NCBI GenBank assembly: GCA_963725485.1
Contig: CAVRYO010000007.1
Location: forward strand, 363,928-427,927
Direction of reading: 5' to 3'
From: Pirellulales bacterium
GTDB taxonomy: Bacteria > Planctomycetota > Planctomycetia > Pirellulales > DATAWG01
Length of the DNA stretch: 64,000 nt
The notes under the pieces are model-generated. The model made no database searches. It was not told the origin of the DNA and saw nothing but the letters and a program-made list of their open reading frames with translations. The position numbers and the translations under genes were made by a program. Every line of letters starts with the position of its first letter. Position 1 is the first letter of the stretch. Positions 8,969 through 18,795 of the stretch are shown one piece after another.

Positions 8969-11407
8969 TTAGCGACCCAATGACAACAGGTTGTCGTAGA
9001 GTTGGTCGGTCACGGTGACGATCCGGCTGTTGGCTCGATATTGCGTCGAGGCGAGGATCAGATTGATCAAGTCGCCACCGACGTCCGTATTCGACTCTTC
9101 CAAGGAGCCTGCCGAGATGGTCCCGATGCCCTGCGTGCCTGGGCTGCCTTGAATCGGCAGGCCGGAGTTGACCCCCGACGCGTAGTCGTTGTTTCCCACG
9201 GCTTGCAGACCGTCGTCATTCGTGAATCGCGCCAACTGCACTTCACCTAACGTTCGCGTCACGCCGTTGGTGAACACGCCGTCGATCGTGCCATCGCCGT
9301 TGATGGTGTAACTGGTCAACGTGCCGGGCGCCGAGCCATCTTGATTCGACACAGACAACGTCGGAGTCGAGGTGTCCAAGCCGGAGACCTGGCCGAAATT
9401 GAGCGCGAATTGCAACGAAGAGGAAGCCGAGCCGGAGCGTTGAATCGACACCGTGTCGTTGTCGACCCCGACCAAATTGCCGTTGCCGTCGAATGTCAAT
9501 GTTCCGGTGCCAACGGCGGTGCTATTGCCACTTGTGGGTTGATTATCGGGCGAAGTGGCGAACCAGCGATAGACCGTGCTGCTGCTGCTGGTGCTTTCGA
9601 GGTCGACCGTCACGTTCACGTTGATCGGCACGCCCAACGAGTCGTAGACGACGAAGTTGGTCGTGGCAGATTGCCCGACAGCGGTTTGCGTCGACGTGAA
9701 TCCCAAATTCGGTTCGGTGGTGTTCGTGCCGCCCGAGGCAGGAGTCATGGTGAACGACGACAAGGGAATCGTCACCGCATTGTCGACGCCATTGTTGCTG
9801 ACGATCTGAATTTCTCCGTTGGCAAGGACCGATCCGCCCTGGGCCAGCCCGGAGTCGTCGCCCGGCACCGGGGTCGTCGGGTCGGCCGTGGAAGGCTGGA
9901 TACCGGAAGCCTGAGCGATGAAGTTGATCAGGTCCTGTACGGTTGTCGTGCTGGTGATGGTGAGATGCTGCGCTGTCTGCTCGCTGCCCCCCTTGTCGCC
10001 GGTGAACGAAAGCGTACCCACTTGGAACGGATTCACGTAGGTCCCGTCGTTGTATTGCTGAACATTCACCAGCAGCGTGCTCGGCGTAATCTTGGGGCCG
10101 GTAAAATCCAATGTTTCATAACCGGCGGCGGTCGGATCGGAAATCGCCGCGTCGGATTTGTAATCGACGTACGAACTTCCGGGGTTCACCGTGGCGACGG
10201 CGTAAAATTGTGTCGGATCGGCGGCCGTGTTGCGATAGATGCGAACTTGCCCACCGGCGTATTGCCCGGTTGGCGTGGGTAGATCCGTCAGGTCGATCCG
10301 GTCATCGACGACGTTCTGGGGGCCAATCAAAGGCGACGGGGCACTTTCGGGCAAGCCCGCCTTGACGTATGTCACGTAATAGCTGTAATTGCCCGACAGG
10401 GTCGCCGTGTTCATCGGCGTGTTCGTGGCGAGCGTCGTGTCACTGGTCGTGTCGGTGAAGCCGGCCTGGGCCTGGGCATTGGTCAGGCTGGTATCGAGAT
10501 AATAAGTGGATGAGGGATCACTGCCGCTTTGATTTTGCGTGCGATAAATATTCACGCCGGTGTATTTGCCGGTGCTGTCGGTCGGAATTGAGCTCAGATC
10601 GATACTGACATTGCTATCGCCTGCGGGAACATTGACGCTGAATGAGGCCGCGTCGGTTTCATTGCCTTCGGCGTCGGTGTAGACGACCTCGTAGTCGTAC
10701 GTGCCGGTTTGCAGTCCGCCGGCGGTCGTCGTATCGACCGTGCCCGTGGTGGTCGCCGGCGGAGCGACGGCAATGGCGGCGGTCGTGCCGGCCGGTGGTG
10801 AGGCGAAACTGTCGTCACCCAACGGTGAGCTTTGAACGATCTGGGCAGTCGTTGCCACGGCGCCGGTGGGGGGCAACGCGCCTTCAAAATCGACGTTCTG
10901 CGTGGCCTGCGCGACCGATGTTGTTCCTAATGGAATCGCCAGGGGCTGTAATTCCGTCGTATTCAACTGGAAATTGTTATCGACTCCGTAGCCTAGCAAA
11001 AGCTGCCCCGTGGCCGACACCAATTGGTTATTCGAGTTCGTGGTGAACTGACCGTCGCGCGTGTAGACCTGGCCGCCGGTGTCGCCTTGCAGAATGAAGA
11101 ACCCATCGCCCTGGATCGCCAGATCGGACGGGCTGCCGCCGGTTTGAAGCGTTCCTTGCGAAAAGTCGGGCGTGATCGCGGCCACCTGGACCCCCAAACC
11201 CTCTTGCGTCGGATTCGTACCGCCGGAGTCTCCCTGCGGGCCGGATCCTTGGCTTAAGGTCTGCGAGAATTGCGTGGCGAAGATCGGCGTCGAGGCTTTG
11301 AACCCGATCGTACTGGCGTTCGCCAGGTTATTGCCCGACACGTCAATCGACGATTCGGCGGCGTTCAGTCCCGTCAATGCGGTGCTGAGTGCGGATGCTA
11401 AACCCAT
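8969..11407 (-). CDS. flgE: Flagellar hook protein FlgE (812 aa, large inserted central domain)
   Basis: N-terminus MGLASALSTALTGLNAAESSIDVSGNNLANASTIGFKAS; C-terminus GGDLINLILASTQYRANSRIVTVTDQLYDNLLSLGR. Both match the conserved Flg rod/hook terminal domains; the middle is Thr/Ser/Gly-rich. Confidence 0.9.
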   Translation of the reverse strand: MGLASALSTALTGLNAAESSIDVSGNNLANASTIGFKASTPIFATQFSQTLSQGSGPQGDSGGTNPTQEGLGVQVAAITPDFSQGTLQTGGSPSDLAIQGDGFFILQGDTGGQVYTRDGQFTTNSNNQLVSATGQLLLGYGVDNNFQLNTTELQPLAIPLGTTSVAQATQNVDFEGALPPTGAVATTAQIVQSSPLGDDSFASPPAGTTAAIAVAPPATTTGTVDTTTAGGLQTGTYDYEVVYTDAEGNETDAASFSVNVPAGDSNVSIDLSSIPTDSTGKYTGVNIYRTQNQSGSDPSSTYYLDTSLTNAQAQAGFTDTTSDTTLATNTPMNTATLSGNYSYYVTYVKAGLPESAPSPLIGPQNVVDDRIDLTDLPTPTGQYAGGQVRIYRNTAADPTQFYAVATVNPGSSYVDYKSDAAISDPTAAGYETLDFTGPKITPSTLLVNVQQYNDGTYVNPFQVGTLSFTGDKGGSEQTAQHLTITSTTTVQDLINFIAQASGIQPSTADPTTPVPGDDSGLAQGGSVLANGEIQIVSNNGVDNAVTIPLSSFTMTPASGGTNTTEPNLGFTSTQTAVGQSATTNFVVYDSLGVPINVNVTVDLESTSSSSTVYRWFATSPDNQPTSGNSTAVGTGTLTFDGNGNLVGVDNDTVSIQRSGSASSSLQFALNFGQVSGLDTSTPTLSVSNQDGSAPGTLTSYTINGDGTIDGVFTNGVTRTLGEVQLARFTNDDGLQAVGNNDYASGVNSGLPIQGSPGTQGIGTISAGSLEESNTDVGGDLINLILASTQYRANSRIVTVTDQLYDNLLSLGR

Positions 11408-11456
11408 GACTTGTTCCTTTGCCTAATATCTTTTTGAATTGATTATTGAGGTTGGA

Positions 11457-11948
11457 TTAGGAGCCCGTGGTGCCCGATGAGCCGCCTAAGCTGCTGAGCA
11501 GCGAGGACAGCGAACTCGGCGTCGAGGTGATCGAAGTTACGTTGGCCAGCGGCACCGATTGCGTGCCGACTTGCAACGTCGCGGCGCCGTTCGAAAAACT
11601 GACTTGCGACACGGTGCCGTTGGCGGCGTTGCCGTTGCTGTCCGTCCCGGAGATTGTCGCGCCGATGAGCGCCGAGCCGCTCGAGACCGATTGGCCCAAT
11701 GCCAGCCCGTTGAGCGTCGTCGAAAGTTGATTGGTCGAGGCAATCTGCTGCATCTGGCTCAACTGCGTCATGATGTCGCTGGTGCTCGTGGGATCCATGG
11801 GATCCTGATTCTGCAACTCGGCGATCATCATTTGCAGGAATTGAGTCGTATTGACGTTCTCGAGGCTGGTCAAAGCAGCGTTCGTCGCGGCATCCGACGT
11901 CGAGCTGCTGCTCGAACTGCTCGTGGCGGGCACGCTTCCCGTGGACAT
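11457..11948 (-). CDS. flgD: Flagellar hook assembly/capping protein FlgD
   Basis: TTQFLQMMIAELQNQDPMDPTSTSDIMTQLSQMQQIASTNQL is the FlgD N-terminal motif; followed by ATISGTDSNGNAANGTVSQVSF (FlgD Ig-like domain). Confidence 0.85.
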   Translation of the reverse strand: MSTGSVPATSSSSSSSTSDAATNAALTSLENVNTTQFLQMMIAELQNQDPMDPTSTSDIMTQLSQMQQIASTNQLSTTLNGLALGQSVSSGSALIGATISGTDSNGNAANGTVSQVSFSNGAATLQVGTQSVPLANVTSITSTPSSLSSLLSSLGGSSGTTGS

Positions 11949-11993
11949 CTTCGCGCTCCTTGATAATCGTTCCGTGTCGGTTGTACGGGCGGC

Positions 11994-13994
11994 CTAAATC
12001 AGGAAGTTCAACGCTCCGCTGCTACCCGCGGAAACTGTCGACCCCGCGCTCGGCGTCGTCCCGGTCAGAGTGGGGGCGGTTGACGTATTTCGTGCGGCAT
12101 TCCGGGCGTTCGCTTGTTGCGCGTCGGCATAGCCGCTGCTCGGATTGTCCGGCGTGCCATCGGGCGAGCGGTTCATCAAATTAATATTGAACTGGTCGAT
12201 CTTGATGTTGTGCTCCGCCAGCCGATCGCGCAATTGAGGAAGGTTGTCCAATAACATGGTTCGGGCGGTCGATGTTTCCGTCTCGACATGTGCCGTGAGG
12301 CTTCCCTTGTTCAGCGTGATATCGAGTTTCAATGCGCCCAACTCCGGAGGACTGAGTCGCAAACGGATTTGCCCGCCATCCTGGTCTGCCGCCTGAAACG
12401 CCCGGGCCACGCGTTGCACAAACCGCACCCGGTCGACTTCGCTCATACCCGAGGATCCGGGCTGAGTGGCCGTTTGACCGGCCGCCGCGGCGTTGTTGTT
12501 CGCGGCCGGCGCTGTCGGGGCGGTTGCCGCGGCGGCGTTAGGAGCATTAGGAATTTGCGTCTGCGCGTTGCCGGCAGCATTGTCGGCGGTCGCTGGTCCC
12601 ACGCCTTTGGTCGTGATTCCGGAATCGACATTGAGCGAAACCGCGGACTGGCCCGCAGGAGTCGCCGCGCCGGACGCCGCAGCCACCACGCCGGCCGCGA
12701 TGTTCGGGTCGCCCCCTTGTGTTGCCGCGCGATGCCCGGGACCGTTGGAACGCGTGCCAGCCATCGAACCGCCACCGAGCGGCCCAGAGCCTGTCGCCGA
12801 CGAATCGGAATCGCTCGTCGCGGGCGCCGTGGTTGCGGCAGTGGTCGCAGCCTGTGAAAGCGGAGCAGTCTCAGCTTTTTGTCTTGGAGACGAAGCGGAA
12901 GAGCCCTTCCCTTTGGTTACGACGGGCGTGGAAACTGCGCCAAGTTGCGCCGCTTGCCCTGTGGTCGCGGCGCTGAAAATGTCGGGAGTCAGCGACTGAA
13001 AAGCACTGCCTGATTGGACCGAATCGGTCGCCGACGAGGCCGCCTTGTTTGGTTCGCTCGTCGCCGCGGTCGTGGACTTGTCGCCGACTGCAGCATCCGA
13101 ATTCGCGTTGCCGCGTCCACCCGGACGACCTGGGAGTACACTGCTGGCAGGCACAATCGGTTGTGCTGCCAAAGCAGTCGCCTGGGCCGACAATGCCGAA
13201 GAAGTCGAGCCACTCTGACTGTTCGTCGTCGGTCCGGAATTGACCGCGCCGCCGGAGCCCGCTTTGGAGATGGCGTTGGTGTTGGCTGACGTCGCCGTCG
13301 ACGGCTTGCTCGTTGTCGCCTCGGTCGAGTCATTTGATTCGGTCGCGCCGCTGGCTTGCGCTCCACGTGGCTGGCTCGAAGCGGGACGTATTCTGGGCGC
13401 CGCGGAATAGTCGGGCGAAGGATCGTCGGCCGGTTCAGGGTCGGAATGAGTCACGGTGGTGGCGGATTCCGAAGACGATTCGTCGGTCGAGGAGGCAGCG
13501 AACGTGGCGTCGGGCGTCGCGGCGGGCTGGTCCGTCGTCGAGGCGGTGGATGTCGTGTCGGTCTGAGGCGCTCCGCTGCCGAGCGAATCTACTGACGATC
13601 CGCTGGTCGATCTGGTTGTCGTCAAGGTGTCGAATGACGGCGGTGATTCGAACGAAGACTCGAACGACGTCGAAGACTCAAGCGACGTCGAAGACAGATC
13701 GGCATTGGCGTCGAGCGTCGAACCCGAACCCCTGTCGGCCGATGGGTAATAGCCGAATGAGGAATCGGGATTCGAAAACAGCGTCGGCGAATTTACCGTG
13801 TCCGCCGCCTCCCCTGTGTCCGCCGTGCCGCTGGAGTTGTTTGCATCGCCCAGACTTGGCCCAGATTGGCTGGCTTGCTGCAACATGGCGTTGAAGCCCG
13901 ATGCAGGCGAATCCGCGCTTGCGGGCGGGGCCCCATTCGGCGCGGCGCCCAGCGAATTCCAAGAAATCAGGTTGTCTAGCGCAAGCGAGGGCAT
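11994..13994 (-). CDS. fliK: Flagellar hook-length control protein FliK (666 aa, Ser/Thr/Ala/Pro-rich)
   Basis: C-terminal region VRFVQRVARAFQAADQDGGQIRLRLSPPELGALKLDITLNKGSLTAHVETETSTARTMLLDNLPQLRDRLAEHNIKIDQFNI is the FliK C-terminal domain; position between fliJ-side genes and flgD. Confidence 0.8.
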   Translation of the reverse strand: MPSLALDNLISWNSLGAAPNGAPPASADSPASGFNAMLQQASQSGPSLGDANNSSGTADTGEAADTVNSPTLFSNPDSSFGYYPSADRGSGSTLDANADLSSTSLESSTSFESSFESPPSFDTLTTTRSTSGSSVDSLGSGAPQTDTTSTASTTDQPAATPDATFAASSTDESSSESATTVTHSDPEPADDPSPDYSAAPRIRPASSQPRGAQASGATESNDSTEATTSKPSTATSANTNAISKAGSGGAVNSGPTTNSQSGSTSSALSAQATALAAQPIVPASSVLPGRPGGRGNANSDAAVGDKSTTAATSEPNKAASSATDSVQSGSAFQSLTPDIFSAATTGQAAQLGAVSTPVVTKGKGSSASSPRQKAETAPLSQAATTAATTAPATSDSDSSATGSGPLGGGSMAGTRSNGPGHRAATQGGDPNIAAGVVAAASGAATPAGQSAVSLNVDSGITTKGVGPATADNAAGNAQTQIPNAPNAAAATAPTAPAANNNAAAAGQTATQPGSSGMSEVDRVRFVQRVARAFQAADQDGGQIRLRLSPPELGALKLDITLNKGSLTAHVETETSTARTMLLDNLPQLRDRLAEHNIKIDQFNINLMNRSPDGTPDNPSSGYADAQQANARNAARNTSTAPTLTGTTPSAGSTVSAGSSGALNFLI

Positions 13995-14052
13995 GGAGTG
14001 AACAGGATGGTGCGGGGTTTTTACTTCGGTGAGTTTCCTGGCTCTTGGCGAT

Positions 14053-14769
14053 TTAGTTGGCTTGCGTGGGCGGGGGTTGTTTCGGATTGAACTTCTTCAG
14101 CTCCTCACGCGTTTGATCGATCGGCAACACGTCGGGCACTCCTTCGCGCACCAGCTTTAGGATCTCTTCCAGCTTCTTGGCCTCGTCCTCGGTCTTGAAC
14201 TCGCCGATGATCTTGGCCCGCTTAGTGATCGAGATCGTGGCCATGATGGCCACGACTTCGTTTTGCTGGCCTTCGTCGACCATCTGCAGGATTTGCTCTT
14301 TCGCTTGTTTCGGTTTGATGTTTTCCCAGATTAGCCGCATATTTTCGCGGCCGGCGATGATCGCGTCGTTCCGCCGATCCTTGAGCACCTTTTCGAATGA
14401 GGTCTTGAGCAGCGCATAGCGGTCTCGCTCATCGGTCAGTTTGCGTTGCTCGAAGCGGATCCGCTCCAACCCGCTGTCGACCGATTGCTCGCGCAACTCC
14501 AGATCGCGGGCCTTTACGCCGCGGCTCCGTTCAAGGTCGTCGTAGGAAGGTTGCTCCTCGGCCCGCGGGGGCGGTTTCGGTTTGTCGGCAGTTGCCGTAA
14601 TCGACGTCGGTTCCTCGCCGCGTGCCATCTCGACCATCCGATTCAGTTTCTCCTTGTTCAAGTAGCCGTGCGTCCAACCATAGGCCAGACCGAGCAAGGC
14701 CGTGAGCATCGTGGCGATGCACAGCAGCGCCAGGGCGCCGAAGAGCACTGTGATGAGGCGTCGCATCAA
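14053..14769 (-). CDS. Flagellar-operon protein with MgtE_N-like domain (YlxF/FlbB/MotE-like), N-terminal TM
   Basis: TM helix at the N-terminus; C-terminal IKPKQAKEQILQMVDEGQQNEVVAIMATISITKRAKIIGEF...EDEAKKLEEIL resembles an MgtE N-terminal domain. Occupies the B. subtilis ylxF position between fliJ and fliK. Its ATG overlaps the fliJ stop (ATGA). Confidence 0.5.
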   Translation of the reverse strand: MMRRLITVLFGALALLCIATMLTALLGLAYGWTHGYLNKEKLNRMVEMARGEEPTSITATADKPKPPPRAEEQPSYDDLERSRGVKARDLELREQSVDSGLERIRFEQRKLTDERDRYALLKTSFEKVLKDRRNDAIIAGRENMRLIWENIKPKQAKEQILQMVDEGQQNEVVAIMATISITKRAKIIGEFKTEDEAKKLEEILKLVREGVPDVLPIDQTREELKKFNPKQPPPTQAN

Positions 14770-15221
14770 GGCGCCTCCCGCCGCTCGTAGCGGAGCACTG
14801 CCAGTTCGTCGAGCCGTTGCATTTCACGTCGGGCTTCCTCCTCCTGATGCCGGCCGGATTGTACGTCGCGCAGTTTTTCCAAGACACGCACATCGCGGTC
14901 GGCGGCCAGCAGCGTGTCGCGGCGTTTTTGCACTTCCGCCGCGACCGTCTGCCGCTGTTGATCGGCCGATTGGCGCTCGACCTTGAGAATCATTTCATAG
15001 CGCGCAATCTCGGAGAGTCCGTCGACGTTCAGGGCCCCTTTTCTTCGCGCAGCATCGACCCGCTGAGCGCGAACGCGCGATCAGTTCGGCGTCGATCGCG
15101 GAGATCCGCTCGACGACCAATTGTTCGGCGCCTGCGCCTCAGCCAACTGCGCGCGGCGTTCGTCGCGCACCGTCGCGCGCAGCCGCAGCAGCGTGGCTAG
15201 TCGGAATTGAAAACTCGCCAT
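14766..15221 (-). pseudogene. fliJ: Flagellar export chaperone FliJ, interrupted by an in-frame TGA at 15081-15083 and an apparent compensating +1/-1 frameshift pair at 15084-15131
   Basis: Hand translation from the ATG at 15221 gives MASFQFRLATLLRLRATVRDERRAQLAEAQA, then 16 out-of-frame codons and TGA. The +1 frame of that stretch reads AEQLVVERISAIDAELIA (coiled-coil). The original frame then resumes as RAQRVDAARRKGALNVDGLSEIARYEMILKVERQSADQQRQTVAAEVQKRRDTLLAADRDVRVLEKLRDV... Confidence 0.65.
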
Positions 15222-15284
15222 CGTGTCGTGCCGTCAGGTAAGCGCTTGCTGTTGGATGTGCTCACAAGAAAAGTAGACGGTCTC

Positions 15285-16664
15285 CTAGCTGGTTGTGGAA
15301 TGGTTTGCCGGCGGTTGAGCCGCGGCCGGTGATGGTGCGGCGTGGGCGACCCCGGCTTGAGGCGGTCGATGCAGTCGAGTCAGTCCGGCGGCCGCCTCGG
15401 CCAGCGTGATTGGCTCCTCGACGCGCTGCCGCAAGAAGCGGTTGATCTCGTCTTGCATGTCGATGGACTGGTCGACAAGGCGATTGGCTCCGCGGCGGTA
15501 GGCGCCGATCGAAATCACGTCCTCATGATCGCGATGGACTCCCAACATCTCACGAACCGCCGAGGCCGCATCCTGTTGAATCCGCGGTGTGATGTCAGGC
15601 ATCAAGCGGCTCAGACTGCCGAGCATGTCGATCGCCGGATAATGACCTCGGGCCGCCAGCTTGCGCGACAGCCAAGTGTGACCATCCAACAGTCCGCGCA
15701 CCGCGTCGCTGATCGGTTCCTGTGGATCGTCCCCTTCGACCAGCACCGAATAGAAGCCGGTGATGCTGCCGCGGGCCGAACGGCCCGCACGCTCGACCAG
15801 CTTGGGCAGCAGCGCGAACACGCTGGGCGGATAGCCGCGCGTCGTGGGAGGTTCGCCGGCGGCGAGCCCGATTTCGCGCTGCGCCATCGCGAACCGCGTG
15901 ACCGAATCGACCAACAGCAGCACGTCGCGGCCGGAATCGCGAAAGTATTCGGCCATGGCCGTAGCCGTCTGGGCGGCTTGCACGCGGAGCAATGCCGGCT
16001 CGTCGCTCGTGGCCACGACCACGACGCTGCGGGCCAAACCCTCCGGGCCCAAATCGCGTTCGAGAAAATCATTCACTTCGCGGCCTCGTTCGCCGACCAG
16101 ACCAATCACGATCACATCGGCCGCGGTGTAGCGGGCCATCATTCCCAGCAGCACGCTCTTGCCGACGCCCGAGCCGGCGAAGATTCCCATCCGCTGCCCT
16201 TTGCCGCAGGTGAGCATGCCATCGATCGCGCGGATTCCGGTCCCCAGCGGCGAATCGATCCGGGGCCGTTCGGTCGCCGGCGGGGGCGAACGATCGAGGG
16301 CCACGCGGTCGGCGAGCGCCGGCTGCGGCCGGCCGTCGACAGCCCGGCCGTGCGCATCGACAACGCGGCCGAGCATTTCCGGCCCCACGCGCAGCCAGCG
16401 GGCCGTGCCCAGCAAGCGAACCCGCGTGCCGTGCCGCACGCCTTGCAATTGGCTGTAGGGATAGACAATGGTCAGCGAGTCGCGAAAGCCGATCACTTCG
16501 GCCCGCAACGCCCCGCCGCTGGGCCGCTCGATCTCGACCAGCGCTCCGACCGGCGCGGGAAAGTCGGCGACGGCAGCGGTCATGCCAACCGTGCGCACGA
16601 CGCTGCCCGACAGGCCGGTGGGCATGATTCGATCGAGTTGCGTCAGAAGTTCCATAAGACTCAT
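15285..16664 (-). CDS. fliI: Flagellum-specific ATP synthase FliI
   Basis: 459 aa; Walker A IFAGSGVGKSVLLGMM and Walker B region; LVGERGREVNDFL; T3SS ATPase family; between fliH and fliJ. Confidence 0.95.
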   Translation of the reverse strand: MSLMELLTQLDRIMPTGLSGSVVRTVGMTAAVADFPAPVGALVEIERPSGGALRAEVIGFRDSLTIVYPYSQLQGVRHGTRVRLLGTARWLRVGPEMLGRVVDAHGRAVDGRPQPALADRVALDRSPPPATERPRIDSPLGTGIRAIDGMLTCGKGQRMGIFAGSGVGKSVLLGMMARYTAADVIVIGLVGERGREVNDFLERDLGPEGLARSVVVVATSDEPALLRVQAAQTATAMAEYFRDSGRDVLLLVDSVTRFAMAQREIGLAAGEPPTTRGYPPSVFALLPKLVERAGRSARGSITGFYSVLVEGDDPQEPISDAVRGLLDGHTWLSRKLAARGHYPAIDMLGSLSRLMPDITPRIQQDAASAVREMLGVHRDHEDVISIGAYRRGANRLVDQSIDMQDEINRFLRQRVEEPITLAEAAAGLTRLHRPPQAGVAHAAPSPAAAQPPANHSTTS

Positions 16665-16690
16665 TTATCGCCCGCCTCGGCCGGCGCATG

Positions 16691-17357
16691 TTAGTGATCA
16701 TTGCCGCGAATCAATTCCTCTTCGATCCGGGCCAATTGTGTTTCGAATTGCTGGTCGATCGAGCCATGCAGCGTCTCGATGCGGCAGCCGCCGGGGTTCG
16801 TGGCGGCATCGGCCAGAAATTCCGCGGAGCCGACGCCCCGAAATTCCTGCGCCAGCCGTTCGACCTGCGGACCGAGCGCTGCATGGTCCGCGGGATTCAA
16901 GTAAACGCGCACATGCGAACTGCCGGCGGCCATTTGCAAGGCTTCGCGCACCAACGCGGCGGTCACCTCCGGCAGATCCGGCACATGGCGGCGGACGATC
17001 TTCGCGGCGATGGCCGTTGCCAGGCGGATCGTGCTTCGCTCCCAATGGCCAAGCCAGGCCTGCTTGGCGTCGGCCACGTCGGCGACTGCCTTTTGCAACG
17101 CGGGCAACAAGGTTTGCAGCCTCGCGCCAACTTTTTCATCAAGGACTTTTTCCGCGGCCCGCATGGCCGCTTGCCGACCTTCGTCTTCCGCCCGACGGCG
17201 CACGATCTCTGCCTGCTTTTGCGCCTCGGCAAGAATCTGCGCTCCTTGCGCGCACCTGCTCGAGATACTTGCCCGCCTGCTGTGACAAGTCTTCGAGATT
17301 GAAAGCGATCCGTTGGGCATCGCGGAGCGAGCCGCCGGATTTGATGATCGTGGACAT
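16691..17357 (-). pseudogene. fliH: Flagellar assembly protein FliH, apparent 1-nt frameshift near 17250
   Basis: ORF 17139..17357 starts MSTIIKSGGSLRDAQRIAFNLEDLSQQAGKYLEQVRA; ORF 16691..17320 continues in another frame as AQGAQILAEAQKQAEIVRRRAEDEGRQAAMRAAEKV...GSAEFLADAATNPGGCRIETLHGSIDQQFETQLARIEEEL (FliH/ATPase-E-like). Confidence 0.7.
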
Positions 17358-17407
17358 GCAACTCTAAACGAGGGGGACGGATGATGTGTTCTTGTTACGC
17401 GTACTTG

Positions 17408-18481
17408 TTATGCGGTTGCCGAAAGTCGCGGTCCGGAGCCAAGCGTGATCCGGCCTTCGCCTTCCAGGTCCAGCGCCAGATCGGCTAGCGCTTGTTGCGC
17501 TTCTTCGACGTCGGCCAGGCGCGTCGGACCCAAGTGAATCAGAGCTCGATTCAATCGCCTAGCGTCGGCCGCCGGCAACCGGCGCGTGAATCGCTGCACC
17601 CAATCGGCGCTGGCCCCGGCCAAAGCCAAAACCAACAACTCGGGATCCGCGGCGCGCAACACTTCGGTGATGGTCGAGTCTTCTAATTGCACAAAATCCG
17701 CAAACCGGAAGTGATCGGTCCGGAGCTTGCCGGCCAGGGGTCGGTCGTGTCGCGTGACGTTGCCCAGAATCTTGCGCCGCGTGCTCCCCGAAGCCGCGGT
17801 GAGAATTGCCGACACCGCTTCGATGCCTGCTGCTCGCCGGCTCTGGTTGCGAGCTTGCTCGGACAGCCAGTTCTCCAAACCACGTTCCACTTCGCGTACC
17901 ACGCGCGGGTCGGCCTTGTCGAGATCGACCAAACGGCGGATCACTTCGACTTGCAAACTGGCCGGCAATTCCGCCAACAATTCCGCCGCCCGTTGCGGCG
18001 GAAGGTGCGAGACGACTACCGCGATGGTCTGGGGGTTCTCGCGTTTGAGGAACGGTGCCAGCGTTTCGAATTCCGCTTCGTGGAGGAATTGAAACGGGGC
18101 CGCATCGTCACTGGTGTCCGAAGCCGTCTGTTTGATCCGTGTTTTCGCCTCGCGCGACATCCAGGATCTAGAAGAATCCGCAGTCCAGCGTCGCGGTTCT
18201 GATTCTTTGCTCGACACCGAACCGGATAAGTGCAACGCGACGTCGCCATCCAGCTCAATTCCCATCGGATCCTGGCTGGGCATCAGCGGCCCGATGCGGA
18301 AGAACTCTTCGATCACCTGGTCTTGTTCTTCGGCATCGACATCGCCCAGGTGCAGGATCGCGCGGCGCACGCGGTCGGCTTGCGCCAGATCCATCTGATC
18401 CAGCACGCTCTCGGCCGTCGGTTGGTCGAGGCTCGCGATCAGGATCGCAGCCTTGCGTAGCATGGAGGAGCGGTGTTTCAT
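17408..18481 (-). CDS. fliG: Flagellar motor switch protein FliG
   Basis: Start at internal Met MKHRSSMLRKAAILIASLD (FliG N-terminus); NPQTIAVVVSHLPPQRAAELLAELP; conserved C-terminal torque helix region. Confidence 0.85.
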   Translation of the reverse strand: MKHRSSMLRKAAILIASLDQPTAESVLDQMDLAQADRVRRAILHLGDVDAEEQDQVIEEFFRIGPLMPSQDPMGIELDGDVALHLSGSVSSKESEPRRWTADSSRSWMSREAKTRIKQTASDTSDDAAPFQFLHEAEFETLAPFLKRENPQTIAVVVSHLPPQRAAELLAELPASLQVEVIRRLVDLDKADPRVVREVERGLENWLSEQARNQSRRAAGIEAVSAILTAASGSTRRKILGNVTRHDRPLAGKLRTDHFRFADFVQLEDSTITEVLRAADPELLVLALAGASADWVQRFTRRLPAADARRLNRALIHLGPTRLADVEEAQQALADLALDLEGEGRITLGSGPRLSATA

Positions 18482-18544
18482 GGCGGAAGCCGTTTCGGGC
18501 GGTGCGTCTTGTCTTTGACTTTCAGGGAACACGCGGGTGACAGT

Positions 18545-18665
18545 CGAGCGCCTTTCTATGGGGAGGGCGAGGCTCCTGCCGAACCGCAACGTTTACGGCT
18601 CGGCAGGAGCCTCGCCCTCCCGAGGTTAAGTTTTACGGTTCGGCAGGAGCCTCGTCCTCCCGCGA
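18545..18665. repeat. Two tandem copies of a ~60-bp perfect palindrome (gggagggcgaggctcctgccgagc ... gctcggcaggagcctcgccctccc) in the fliF-fliG spacer
   Basis: ggggagggcgaggctcctgccgaaccgcaacgtttacggctcggcaggagcctcgccctccc followed by a second, partial copy; a third copy is at 31233-31300. Confidence 0.6.
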
Positions 18666-18795
18666 TCGTGAATTACTGGTTACGTGGCGCTCCCGATCCA
18701 ATTCCTCAAGATGTTCGCGGCCGAATCGGGGTCCTCGCGGACGATTTCGGCCAACTCATCGCGCAGCGACGGTCCGGCTTTCAAGGTGCGGCGTT

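Noticed and set aside
12288-13894. Several 80-190-aa ORFs in both strands inside the fliK region
   Set aside because: These are alternative-frame or antisense artefacts of the low-complexity, GC-rich fliK coding sequence. FliK itself is intact in one frame with a conserved C-terminal domain.
16069-16701. 210-aa minus-strand ORF overlapping fliI in another frame
   Set aside because: It is entirely contained in the fliI coding region, which has unmistakable Walker motifs, and has Arg-rich junk composition.
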